Positions 1 to 9,827 of a stretch of DNA of 64,000 nucleotides are shown here, piece after piece (the first letter of the stretch is position 1; every line of letters begins with the position of its first letter). The notes beneath the pieces are model-generated. The model saw only the letters and a list, made by a program, of their open reading frames with translations, was not told where the DNA came from and made no database searches. The position numbers and the translations under genes are program-made. Source of the DNA: an uncultured delta proteobacterium (GTDB lineage Bacteria; Desulfobacterota; Binatia; Binatales; Binataceae); assembly GCA_963796565.1 (NCBI GenBank), contig CAWCMA010000003.1, positions 2,454-66,453 on the forward strand, in the 5' to 3' direction.

Positions 1-182
1 CCGATTACCATCACCTCGTTGAATGCCATTGTTGGCTTCAGTCGGGATCGTGCGATGAGCAGAGGCTGGTGAGGAACGCGAACATCGCGCGTTTCAGTAG
101 CATGGCTATCGCGCTCAATTATCCCGTAGTACGAGGCTTCGGTAGCGACAGCGTCCGAAGCAAGCAGGCGTGTCCTCCGCGA

Positions 183-3100
183 CTATCCTCCGCGGCCCAC
201 GTGCGGGATGTGGCGGTCGGCCGCTCCAGCGACCGCGGCGGGGTGCATCGCCACCGCCTTGCGAATCGCGGCCAGCAGAACCGGCTTTTTGAATGGTTTG
301 CTGACGTGCTCGTCACAGCCGGCGGCGAGGCAGCGGTTGACGTCATCTTCGAGCACCGATGCGGTAAGCGCGATTATCGGCGTCGCTGAGAGGCCGTGCT
401 CGCTTTCCCACCGGCGGATCGCGCGCGTGGCGGACAACCCATCGACCTCCGGCATTTGTACGTCCATCAACACCAGGTCAGGACGCGAGGCCTTGAATTT
501 CTCGATCGCGACGCGGCCATTTTCGGCGACGTCGATCTGGTAGGGAAACTTTTTCAGGTAGGCTTGGATGAGAAGGCGATTATCAAGCGCATCCTCGGCG
601 AGCAGGATGCGCAGCGGGATCGTGTCGTTAGGCGCCGTCGCCTGCTCGGCAGGTTTCGGGAGCGATTGTCGGGCGCCGGTGCCGTTCAGCAGATTGCCGA
701 TCTTCTCGAGCAACTCGGCGCGCTTGATCGGCTTGATCAGATAAGTGTGCAGGCCCGCCTCGCGCATCCGGGCGAGGGAGAAGTTCAGGTCGTCAGAGGT
801 CAGCATCAGGATCATGGTGTCCTGGCCGCCGGCGGACGCCTGTGCCAAGCCGCCGTCGATCGCTTTACGCGCGACCTGCACCCCGTCCATGCCCGGCATC
901 CGGTAATCGAGCAGCATCAGCCGGTACGGGCGGCCTGCCGCGCGGGCGTGCGCGAGTTCCATGAGAGCCGCCGCTCCGCTGGCCGCCTCGGTCACCTCGG
1001 CACGGTTGCGCACGAGCATCTCGCGCAGGATCAGCCGGCTGGTCTCGTGGTCATCGACGACAAGTATCTGGACGCCGTCCAGGTTGACGGCTGCGCCGCG
1101 CTCCTCAACCGCCCCCAGCCGGGTGTCGACACGCAAGGCGACGGTGACGCGGAAGATCGAACCGCGGCCGACTTCGCTCTCGACCTCGACCCGCCCGCCC
1201 ATCATCTCGCTCAGACGCCGCACGATCGTAAGACCGAGTCCGGAGCCGCCAAAGCGGCGCGAAACCGAGGCATCGGCCTGGGTGAAGCTGGAGAAGATCG
1301 CCCTTAGCTCCTCAGCGGCGATTCCGATACCGCTGTCGGCCACCGAAAAGCGCAGCCAGGCGACGGGGGCGGCCACGGCGCCGTCTTCGGCCGCGATGGC
1401 CGCAAAACCGAGGCGCAGGGCCTCGGCCGGCGAGAGGCTTTCGACCGTGAGCGCCACCTCTCCCCGGTCGGTGAATTTGACCGCGTTGGCGGTCAGGTTG
1501 ATTAGAATCTGGCGCAGCCTCAGCGGATCGCCGATCAGATTCGGCGGCACGTGAGGCAGAATGCGCGCCGTCAGGTCGAGGCCTTTGGCGTGCGCGCGCA
1601 CGCTCATCGTTTCGATCGCCTTGTGGACCGTGTCTTCGAGGTCGAAGCTCACCGACTCCAGGCTCAGGCGGCCGCTTTCGATCTTGGCCACGTCAAGGAT
1701 GTCGTCGATCAGATGCAGCAGGGCGTTGCCGTTGGAGCGCATGGTGTCGATGTAGCGGCGCTGTTCGGGGTCGAGCGCGCCGTCGCTCAGCAGGTCCGCC
1801 ATTCCAAGGATCGCGTTCATCGGGGTGCGAATCTCGTGCGACATGCTGGAGAGAAACTCGGATTTGGCCTGAGAGGCGGCCAGCGCCGTCTCACGCGCGG
1901 CGATTAGTTCACGTTCCATCTCGATGCGCGAGGAAATGTCGCGCGAGATGCTGAAGATGATCGGTCCGTATTCGGTCTCGATCATCGCGCCGGAGACGAG
2001 ATACGGCACCGCGTGGCCTTTGATCTTGAGGTCGGCCTGAAAATTGCGCACGATGCCGTCGGCGCGCATCCGGCGAAGAAATTCCGCGCGGTCCTCGGTG
2101 CGAAGAAAGAGGGTGGCCTCCTCGATCGGATGCCCCAGCACCTCGGCGCGAGTCACGCCGGCGCGCTTTACGAATTCCTCGTTCACGTCGGTCACCACGT
2201 CGGCGCGCCGCGCGATGATTATGTCGGGTGTGGCGTCGAACAGGCTGCGCAGCATCGCCTCGCTGTCGGCAATCCGCTGCGCCGCACGTTTGGCTTCGGT
2301 AATGTTGCGCCAGAAGGATACCCTGCACGGCTCACCGCTCAACTCAACCGCCACCGTGGATAGCAGATAGGAATTGACGGTGCCGTCCTTCATCGTGAGG
2401 TCGGCCTCCATGGTGTGTGCGAAGCCGTCGCGATCCAGCGCCTGCTTGAGTTGCTCACGCTGAGCAGGGTTGGCCCAGAACTTCATGTAGATCTGCTGGC
2501 CGAGAACCTCCTGGGGCGAGTACCCCGTCTCACGAAAAAATGTGCTGTTGGCCTGAATCAGTCGAGAATCGATCTGGCTGGAGATCGTGATGATGTCGGG
2601 GCTGGCTTCGAAAACCATGCGCACGGTAGTCTCGCGCTCGTGGGCGACGCGCTCAGCGGCTTCGCGTTCGGCGACCTCGGCCCGCAGGCGGACCTGCGTC
2701 GCGGTCAACTGCTCGACCTCCGCACTGAGACGCCCCCGTGCCTCGCGCAGCGCGCGTTCATTTTCCCTGATCTGGGTGGCATCGCGCGCAACGTTGAGTG
2801 CATAAACCTCGCCGTCCATCTCGACCGACACGGATGACATGAGGTATGGCGCGACCACCCCATTGAGCCGAAAATCCACTTCCAGGTTGCGCACCCGACC
2901 CGTCTGCTTCAGTTGCCGGATGTACTCGTCGCGCTCCTCCGGACGCACCCAGGCGCCGGCTCGGGTTACCGAAGTCGACAACGCCTGCTCTCGGGTCATC
3001 CCGGTCCGTCTCAGAAGCTCGTCATTCGTTTCGATTACTTTGCCGTCGCTGAACCGGGTCAAGGTCACGATGTCCGGCACCGCATCGAAGAGCGTGCGCA

Positions 3101-3458
3101 GCATCGCCTCGCTCTTGGCCAGGCGCCTTTCCTTGTCCAACAGGGTTTCGATCAGGATGCTCTGGGCTCGATAGCGATCCTTAAGCGCCGTGAAGGTCAA
3201 CGCGAACGCCCCCACGGCCGCCAGCACCGTCCATCGATTGAGATAGGTCGATTCGACCACCCCGTCAGCGACGGCGACCCCGAAGGCAACCAGGCTTGCC
3301 AGAGTGAGCAGGCCTTGCCACTTCGCGCTCCACGGCACCAGCACAGCGGCGCCCAAGATGAGCACGAAGAGCGCCAGCAGCAATGGCTCCTCCTCCTCGA
3401 TCGCGAGGGTCGACAGAGTGCGGCTGGCAATCAGGATGAGACAGAACCCCATCGCCAC
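183..3458 (-). CDS. Hybrid sensor histidine kinase/response regulator (N-terminal TM helices, multiple PAS, HisKA, HATPase_c, two C-terminal REC domains)
   Basis: 1091-aa ORF. HisKA H-box 'SHEIRTPMNAILGMADLL'; ATPase G-boxes 'DSGIGI...GGSGLGLTIV'; two receiver domains ('ILVVDDHETSRL...LLDYRMPGMDG' and 'ILLAEDALDNRL...LMDVQMPEVDG'). Coiled-coil/PAS-like segments precede the kinase core; the N-terminus is hydrophobic. Confidence 0.9.
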   Translation of the reverse strand: MAMGFCLILIASRTLSTLAIEEEEPLLLALFVLILGAAVLVPWSAKWQGLLTLASLVAFGVAVADGVVESTYLNRWTVLAAVGAFALTFTALKDRYRAQSILIETLLDKERRLAKSEAMLRTLFDAVPDIVTLTRFSDGKVIETNDELLRRTGMTREQALSTSVTRAGAWVRPEERDEYIRQLKQTGRVRNLEVDFRLNGVVAPYLMSSVSVEMDGEVYALNVARDATQIRENERALREARGRLSAEVEQLTATQVRLRAEVAEREAAERVAHERETTVRMVFEASPDIITISSQIDSRLIQANSTFFRETGYSPQEVLGQQIYMKFWANPAQREQLKQALDRDGFAHTMEADLTMKDGTVNSYLLSTVAVELSGEPCRVSFWRNITEAKRAAQRIADSEAMLRSLFDATPDIIIARRADVVTDVNEEFVKRAGVTRAEVLGHPIEEATLFLRTEDRAEFLRRMRADGIVRNFQADLKIKGHAVPYLVSGAMIETEYGPIIFSISRDISSRIEMERELIAARETALAASQAKSEFLSSMSHEIRTPMNAILGMADLLSDGALDPEQRRYIDTMRSNGNALLHLIDDILDVAKIESGRLSLESVSFDLEDTVHKAIETMSVRAHAKGLDLTARILPHVPPNLIGDPLRLRQILINLTANAVKFTDRGEVALTVESLSPAEALRLGFAAIAAEDGAVAAPVAWLRFSVADSGIGIAAEELRAIFSSFTQADASVSRRFGGSGLGLTIVRRLSEMMGGRVEVESEVGRGSIFRVTVALRVDTRLGAVEERGAAVNLDGVQILVVDDHETSRLILREMLVRNRAEVTEAASGAAALMELAHARAAGRPYRLMLLDYRMPGMDGVQVARKAIDGGLAQASAGGQDTMILMLTSDDLNFSLARMREAGLHTYLIKPIKRAELLEKIGNLLNGTGARQSLPKPAEQATAPNDTIPLRILLAEDALDNRLLIQAYLKKFPYQIDVAENGRVAIEKFKASRPDLVLMDVQMPEVDGLSATRAIRRWESEHGLSATPIIALTASVLEDDVNRCLAAGCDEHVSKPFKKPVLLAAIRKAVAMHPAAVAGAADRHIPHVGRGG

Positions 3459-4504
3459 CGTCGCGCCAATTCCGCATGAACCACTTGCAATAGGTCACGT
3501 AGAGAGCCGCGCCCGCCAGCGCAATATCGAAGATGAAGAAAGGCCGCTCCAAATGGAGGAAGGTGGGCTCGAATCGCGCGACCTCCAACCAGGTGGCGAC
3601 TTCAAAAAAGAACACCAGGCCGAGGCCGGTCCGGAGCAACGCGTTGAGTTGCCGCAGGTCTGATTCCGATCCGCATGCCAGCGCGGCCATAATCCGCTCG
3701 TACCAACTCTCCGCGCGAACGCGCGGCGCACCGACGGATTGCGGCCGCTCGCTCTGGTGCGAGTTCCCGTTCGTATGTTGAGACATCTGTAGCGTCATCC
3801 AAAAATTGCCGCGGCCGCTTGTGAGAAAGGCGCACGCATCCGCCACCACTTCGATTCAGAGCAAGAGCGATACCCCGGCACTCGATACAGGGTGGCGCGA
3901 CCAGGTGCCAGCATATGGCCGCTAATGGCTAAGCAAAATCGACAGAAATCGCTGCCGAATCGAGCAGGCAGGTGTTTAGGGCAAGAGGAAGGTGAGAGAT
4001 CCAGCACAGCCCCGAGCTGGATTCGGGCGCGCTTTTTATATTCCTTTATTTATGTCCTTTTTTTCTCATGAAGTGCGCTTTGATAGTTTGACGGTCAGTT
4101 ATTCTGGCGTCTTTCTGTCTCATCTAATTATCACAATTCTATTGAGTTGTACATGCGTTTCAAGGCAGTACCGTTCCACTGCAACTCGGCAATGTGGTCC
4201 GATTTTTCTGATGTTCCGCGCGGTGATCGTCGGGCCCACCTGCCAACTTTGTCTTTTTATGAGGTGGTTGATATTCAGAAGGATCACGAGCGGGAACGTT
4301 CCGCAAAGAGCCGCGATCACAAGTCGAGAAGCGACCAAATAAGTAAGAGTTCCGGGCAATGCGATTATTGCGAAGGTCCGGGCGCTAGTAGCCTTTCGTG
4401 TCTACCGATGCGCATGCACACGTGGTTCCTGCGCTTTCCGATCGATATTGTCTGCCTCAATCGTCTTGGTGGATCGTGCGGCTAGTTCTTTCCTCTTTAC
4501 CGCT

Positions 4505-4650
4505 GCCGATTCCGTAGCGCGGAGGATCTGGAACTAGAAGTCCTCGCTTTGCGTCATCAGCTAATCGTTTTTCGTCGCCAGCGAACCGGGCCATCCGCGA
4601 CTGTCGCCGGATTGAGGCTCCCAGCCAGTCCACGATGGAGAGGCTCACGC
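4505..4650 (+). mobile_element. Degenerate N-terminal remnant of an IS transposase (rve-type family)
   Basis: Translated plus-strand reads '...EDLELEVLALRHQLIVFRRQRTGP...'. This matches the conserved 'ENLALRHQLAVLRR' N-terminal motif of IS481/IS3-group integrase-type transposases. No intact ORF follows. Confidence 0.4.
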
Positions 4651-4762
4651 TCGCAGTCGCTGTGACAGGTCGAAACAATCCGTAGGCTCTGGACCTTATC
4701 CGTGTCGAATTCCAATTCGGCAGCAGATGGGGTGTGAAATAAACCATTGCAATGTTGCCGCC

Positions 4763-4990
4763 AGGTATATGACTCAAGTTTTGCGCTTGGCTGTGCGCGG
4801 GTACGCCACTCCGTTCAGCGGCGTAGCTCCGGTCAACCCGGTGTGACACCGGTGTTGGTTGTAATAGGGCCTGTAATTCTCGAGCGCCCGCTCAAGATCG
4901 CACTGGTTCCAAAAAAAGTCCGATCAAAATACTCGCGCCGTACCGTCCCGATCAGTCGCTCAACGAAGCATGGGAACGCGGCGTACAGAG
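4763..4990 (-). mobile_element. C-terminal fragment of an rve (DDE integrase-core) transposase; truncated pseudogene
   Basis: Minus-strand translation reads '...SHSLYAAFPCFVERLIGTVRREYFDRTFFWNQCDLERALENYRPYYNQHRCHTGLTGATPLNGVAYPRTAKRKT*'. This is a typical rve C-terminus ('ERFIGTLRRE...YNxxRPHxxLg..TP'). It is preceded in-frame by stop codons, so the N-terminal part is missing. Confidence 0.6.
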
Positions 4991-5499
4991 AATGGCTTTG
5001 ATCTCATCAACTTCAAGTATATGAAGGTTCGCGAGCCACCGATGGAAGCGAAACAATGGATCGTGCGATCGCGAAGCAAACGCCGCCAAAATACCTTTCA
5101 TGTTTGTTTATCTCGATAGTGAATGCTCTCGATATTTCCTCGGCAATCTTCCGGCAGCCGAACCTTTGGGTCCAGGGCGAAGGCGACAGCTTGTATTAAG
5201 TGCACTGACTCGCATCGCTCATTCGCGACAGTCAGGTGGGCCTCTTTGGATCGGATCGTGCCGGTTGAACATGAACACTTTCCTCCTCGCCCTCTCAAAA
5301 AAATTGGAGGGCGAGGGGGAAAGATTCGCGGGGCGGAGGAGCTGAGTGGCTAAAGATTTTGGAATGCGAAGCCGCATCGCTCAGCGGCCCAGCGGAAAGG
5401 ATTCCTTACCTGGCCAAGGGCCGCGTGACGCGGCGAGTCTGAGGCTTCAGCGAAAGTATCGCCGGCTGAACTTGCTGAGGAATCGCCGCGCACCCGCAT

Positions 5500-5830
5500 G
5501 AGGATCAATCCTCGCCGGGAAGATTGGCGTCCTCGCGCTTTGCTCGTGGGCTCGAACGGTATTCTGAGGGCGCGAAGCGACTCCTCGTATGAACAAGCAT
5601 GAGCGTGAGCATCGTCCGCGAGGTCTCCGGAAGTCAGGAAAACCGGGAGGTGAGGAGCGGATATGCAGTTTGCAGGAATTGATATCGGAGGTGAGCGTCA
5701 CGCAGTTGCGGTGGTGAAGGCGGTACGGTCCTCGTCAAGTCACCGTTCTTTGGAGAGAACGCCGTACTCTCTTGGCTCGCTGCGAGCAAAAAATCTCATC
5801 GCCGACCAACGCCTGAGGACTTGACTCGAC
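5500..5830 (+). mobile_element. Truncated and frameshifted copy of an IS110-family element (left end plus transposase N-terminus)
   Basis: 'MQFAGIDIGGERHAVAVV...' is the hallmark IS110 N-terminus. The ~150 bp upstream (from 'CTCGAACGGTATTCTGAGG') is about 75% identical to the left end of the intact IS110 copy at 41.58 kb. The reading frame then shifts ('...GTVLVKSPFFGENAVLSWLAA' lies in another frame) and no full ORF remains. Confidence 0.55.
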
Positions 5831-5956
5831 CTTACGGTATCTTGTTACAGGGCGCTTACATTCCTGGCGGGCCTCGTACTTCTCTTGACAGGCGCGACCC
5901 GAGGGATAAAGGCATCCCTCGGGTCCGCTTATCAATACCCAGACCAGAATTCGTCC

Positions 5957-6817
5957 TTACGGGGTCGTCGCCGCGTTGACGGTTGCGTTGACGGCGCACC
6001 ATGCCGGGTCGCTCTGCGGTCCGATCTGCAAGGCGAGAACGTCGCCTGTGTTGACCGCTACGGATGCACCCGCCGGTGACTGACAGGTGAATGCCCCGTC
6101 AGCAATGTTGCAGTTGACAGCGTTGGAGCAGTCCACACTACCGTCACTGGTATGGCCAACGCACAGCTGGAAGTTGTACGCGTTTCCGTCGTTCAAGAGT
6201 CCGGGCGTGCATCGACCGTGAATGTCCGGTCCCGGAGGATTCACAACGATCCATATCGCGGAGGGATCACCGCCGTTCAGCCAGTGTTTGAAATCATTGC
6301 TGTTGAAACAGAGGTTCGATGCGCCGACGCCAGGCTGGCAGCCGAAGTTCTGCTCAAGTGCCTGGTAGAAGGTGCCATTCCAAGTGACGATGGCTCCCTC
6401 GTGGTATTTAACATCCTCGCCCCAAAGCCGATACGGCTCTTCGCCAAGTGTCACCAGCAGCTGGCTGATTGCGCCCGCCTGAACGGGAACGCCGATCTCA
6501 AATACAGACGTAATTGCTTCATCACAGTCACCTATGCCACACCATCTCGTATCGCTGGCATAGTTCGCATGACCTGCCGGATTGTCTGCCTTCAGAGGCA
6601 GAGTCGGATCGCCTGAAGGTCCTGCCGGCCCCGCCGGTCCCTGCGGACCTTGTGGTCCTGAGCCGTCTGCGGGAAGCGTTCCCCACTGCGTACACACTTT
6701 GTGGCTCTTTTGCAGACAGACGAAAGCGCCCGTGGCCTGAGCGCTGGCATTCGTCGATACTCCAACAACGGCAATTGCTAGCAGTAGCGACATTAACCAT
6801 CCAAACTTTGCTCTCAT
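5957..6817 (-). CDS. Secreted Cys-rich protein with a short collagen-like (GXY)6 repeat and a CBM5/12-like (chitin-binding type 3-like) segment
   Basis: Signal peptide 'MRAKFGWLMSLLLAIAVVGVSTNASAQA'. Collagen-like repeat 'GPQGPQGPAGPAGPSGDP'. 'YHEGAIVTWNGTFYQALEQN...W' resembles a ChtBD3/CBM5_12 core. The protein has 16 cysteines. A GGGGAGA RBS lies upstream of the MRAK start. The gene sits in an AT-rich, IS-scarred zone. Confidence 0.6.
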   Translation of the reverse strand: MRAKFGWLMSLLLAIAVVGVSTNASAQATGAFVCLQKSHKVCTQWGTLPADGSGPQGPQGPAGPAGPSGDPTLPLKADNPAGHANYASDTRWCGIGDCDEAITSVFEIGVPVQAGAISQLLVTLGEEPYRLWGEDVKYHEGAIVTWNGTFYQALEQNFGCQPGVGASNLCFNSNDFKHWLNGGDPSAIWIVVNPPGPDIHGRCTPGLLNDGNAYNFQLCVGHTSDGSVDCSNAVNCNIADGAFTCQSPAGASVAVNTGDVLALQIGPQSDPAWCAVNATVNAATTP

Positions 6818-7189
6818 TGTTTCTCCCCTGATTAAAAAAGATGTCACACGAACTTCGAACGAATCGACCGGCCAAATGGCGGGCTTCGCCTCCCTTATCA
6901 GCAGTCACTTTAGGCTCAAATAATATTTTGTGTCAACCGAAAAAGACTTTAATTAATAGAAAAATGATTAATGCTAATTACAGCTAGCTCTCACCCAACG
7001 CCCAAGGCGCTCAAGACGCAGCTTTCGGCACTGGCTGAACTAGGACAGCACCCAGCTTTCGACCCCCACTCGCGCCGACCCGGCGCTAGTGCAATTGTTT
7101 GTTTATGGCTGTTGATCGCTCGAAACCTTTTGGGCAGAAAGGGGTTGGCGTACATTCATGCTTAGGTCGAATGAGGCCGCGCTCGAATC

Positions 7190-7635
7190 CTACGTTCGCG
7201 TAATAGACGAACGTTCACTCTGGCAGTCAAGCGCGGCCGTTTTTCCAGAAGTCAGTTCAGAGAGATGCTGGGTTGATTCCCTTCCAAACGCCTGATCATG
7301 TTCCAGGGCGTCGATGCCCGCGAGGCGAACTGCGGAGGTGAGAGACCACTCGGTCCGAGCACATCGACGGTATCACCATCGGTGACGCTGCCGACCTTCG
7401 TGGAAAATCTGCTAAACGGGTTTGCGGCTTGAACGGCGGTCGCCGCGACGCTCGGTGCGACGAGATGCAGAACCCATGCGCCCACGACGAAGCTGGCCAC
7501 GAAAAGGCGGCCGCCACTGCGAGCATCGCCCAGTAGGCTCGCGGCGAGCGATACCAGCGTAGGCGAACATAGCGCTGTTCCACCAGCGAGCAAGGCTGCG
7601 GCCAAGACGATCGGAAATTCTCCCCAAGCCAGCAC
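7190..7635 (-). pseudogene. Frameshifted, truncated thermonuclease (SNase-like) gene
   Basis: The N-terminal frame gives a hydrophobic leader then '...KVGSVTDGDTVDVLGPSG', which carries the SNase 'DGDT' motif. The continuation lies in another frame: 'VRLAGIDALEHDQAFGRESTQHLSELTSGKTAALDCQSER...*' (the SNase 'RLxGIDAPE...' block). Together they do not form one intact ORF. Confidence 0.5.
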
Positions 7636-7703
7636 TTGTCCCGCCTCCGATTGTTGGGTTCACCGCCTTCGCGCAATGTTCGCGAGCAATCGCTCACCAA
7701 ACC

Positions 7704-8072
7704 ATGATGACGCATCGCGTGCAAAGCGGCATAATCACGGGCGTGCCCGACCGGACCGAGAGTAAGCGGCAGCTCCTGACGGCGGAGATGCAACGCTACT
7801 TCGGCGATACGTGCCCGGCGCTTGCGGCGCGCTGGGAAGCGACTATCGTCGGTTTGGCGCCAGCTCTTATGCCAGACCTGGCCGGGCGTCTGCAGGTGCT
7901 TGAGGCAGCCACTAACGAGACTAACCAGTACCTCAGGGCCGCTTTTGTCGAAGCCAGCGATAGCCACGCGCGGGCCGAGCCTCTGCTAGATCGCGCGCTT
8001 GCATCGCTGGAGCATCTCAACGAGATAGCGGAGACAATGATGCGATGGTTGGATGAGTCGTCGAAGGCGTAG
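7704..8072 (+). CDS. Hypothetical protein (122 aa), no recognisable domain
   Basis: Clean ORF with coding-like codon usage. It lies between IS and nuclease debris and the RepB' gene. No recognisable motifs. Confidence 0.3.
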   Translation: MMTHRVQSGIITGVPDRTESKRQLLTAEMQRYFGDTCPALAARWEATIVGLAPALMPDLAGRLQVLEAATNETNQYLRAAFVEASDSHARAEPLLDRALASLEHLNEIAETMMRWLDESSKA

Positions 8073-8394
8073 CCGCCGGCCGGTAGGAGAGTCCAGCTGA
8101 ACATCGCCCGCCCCGGTTGCGACGCTGGGCTCCTGGACCCACAAGCCCCTTCTGTAGACAAGCGCGGCTCTGCGCCGCGAGCATACTTAAAAGGAGCGCA
8201 GCGGAACTCGCCGCATTCCGGAATCTTTGTCCCGATTCAAAGCCAACGGTGCACTGAAAGATCCGCAAACGTGAGGCCGGTGAGGGTACTTTTCTGTCAA
8301 TTCACCAGCCCACCCCTAAAACTGGACGGGTAGGCAAGGGCGAATTGGATTGGGCGCGGGGCCTATCGGAGGATAGCAGATTGCGCGACGGAGA

Positions 8395-8685
8395 GTGGCA
8401 CCGCGCGAGTTCGTGCAGGCCGGCACGGCCCTCGAGAAACTCCTTGGCGAGCTGGCACTTGAACTCCAAACTGAAGCTGCGATACCGAGCCGATTCGGCT
8501 TTGGAGCCGCAAAATACGAGGCGGGCGAGTTCACCGATGAGCTCGCGGAGGCGGTACGGATCGCTGAATGTGAGCGCAAGATCGTTGAACTCGAGCGCAA
8601 GGTCGGTCAGCTGACGATGGAAATGGAAGTCGATCTGCTCAAAAAAGAGGCGCTGTTGGGACGCCGAGTGAGCGACGGGGCCTAG
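8395..8685 (+). mobile_element. IS3-family OrfA-like fragment (leucine-zipper part only)
   Basis: '...ECERKIVELERKVGQLTMEMEVDLLKKEALLG' resembles the C-terminal leucine-zipper region of IS3/IS911 OrfA. There is no HTH N-terminus and no orfB downstream. Confidence 0.35.
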
Positions 8686-8848
8686 CGGCCCGAAGCTTTC
8701 TCTGTCGCGCGAGGATGCCGAATTATGAAGCTGACGTTCTCGACCTACTACTACTCCTACTCCTGCCGCCGCGCGGCGGCGTGACACCTCCGAAACCCAA
8801 CCAGCAACGACGATGAGCGAACCGGCGGGGAACATACAAGCAGCGCGT

Positions 8849-9661
8849 TTAGCGGAGCGGCTCGACCGAGCCGACCGCCTTGATCGCGGTCCGTCGCGCG
8901 TAATTGAGCTGGCGCTCAGGTCCGCCTTTTTTTGAGAGATCGCGAGCATGCAGTATTTCGTCTCTGATTTGTTGTTCCGGAAGGCCTCGGCTCGCTGCGT
9001 GTAAAGCCCACGCCATGTCGGCGCGATGAAGGTCGCCGCTGTACCGAGAGTCCGCGTGAAAATCGGAGAGAGATCGCACTGAGTCGTCCTTCGAGGTCGC
9101 TTCACTCACTGTGCGCGTCGAGCTTTCCGCGCTGGCCCTGCGAGCAAGCGATTTTACTTCCTCGAGAAATTCGCGCGCTGCGGTGTAAGTGCGGCCCTCG
9201 CATTCATGCAAGCGAACGAACGGTGGAAGACCGGTCTGCAGCCGTCTCTTCGGCTTCTGATTCGTGAAGCCCGCAAGTCGGCCGAAGTGGCGCCAATCGG
9301 CGCTCGAGGGATCACCTCCGAAGCGGCGCGCCAGCTCCTTCGCGGCATCGGTACTAAAGGTGCGATCGAAGAGTATCCGTCCGTGGTTTAGCCACACCTG
9401 AAAGTTGCCCGGCGAAGTCTCTATAACGGCGGCTGGCTGAAATCCTGCCTCCGTCATTCGCGGGATCGTTTCAGCGCTGAGATCGTCGACCAGGCTCAAC
9501 GCATGAGTGCCGTGTGGGCGGACGAATATTTGTGCACCCCGCGCATTCTCCCGCCTCAGCCACGCGAGAGCGGCGTCAATCTGATCGGCGCTCCAGCCTT
9601 TTCGGAGCAACATCCGGCCATCCATCCGGAGAACGCCAATTTCGAATAGCTCGCAGCGCAT
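8849..9661 (-). CDS. repB: RepB'-type (IncQ/RSF1010-like) replication primase
   Basis: Blocks 'CELFEIGV', 'IFVRPHGTHALSLVDDLS', 'VIETSPGNFQVWL', 'DPSSADWRHFGRLAGFTNQK' and 'PPFVRLHECEGRTY' align with the RSF1010 RepB' catalytic domain, and a C-terminal helix-bundle part follows. This is from recall, not a database search. The N-terminus may be slightly truncated. Confidence 0.75.
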   Translation of the reverse strand: MRCELFEIGVLRMDGRMLLRKGWSADQIDAALAWLRRENARGAQIFVRPHGTHALSLVDDLSAETIPRMTEAGFQPAAVIETSPGNFQVWLNHGRILFDRTFSTDAAKELARRFGGDPSSADWRHFGRLAGFTNQKPKRRLQTGLPPFVRLHECEGRTYTAAREFLEEVKSLARRASAESSTRTVSEATSKDDSVRSLSDFHADSRYSGDLHRADMAWALHAASRGLPEQQIRDEILHARDLSKKGGPERQLNYARRTAIKAVGSVEPLR

Positions 9662-9827
9662 CGCGCAGAGCTGTTTGCGAACAATCGATCCGTGAAATTG
9701 AAGTGGGCATCAGTTATTGCTTCCGTCGACGCCAGGAACACGAAATCTCCTGCTCAGATTTTGCTGGTCGCTTTACTCATCGCCGTCGTGCTGGTGTCGG
9801 GGCTTTCGTAACGCGCGGTGCCTGGAT

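Noticed and set aside
396-3174. Numerous plus-strand ORFs (for example 396-1307, 1551-1907, 2415-2837, 2913-3479) inside the histidine-kinase locus
   Set aside because: They are antisense to a 1091-aa gene with clear domain structure. They are Arg/Ala-rich, typical high-GC shadow ORFs.
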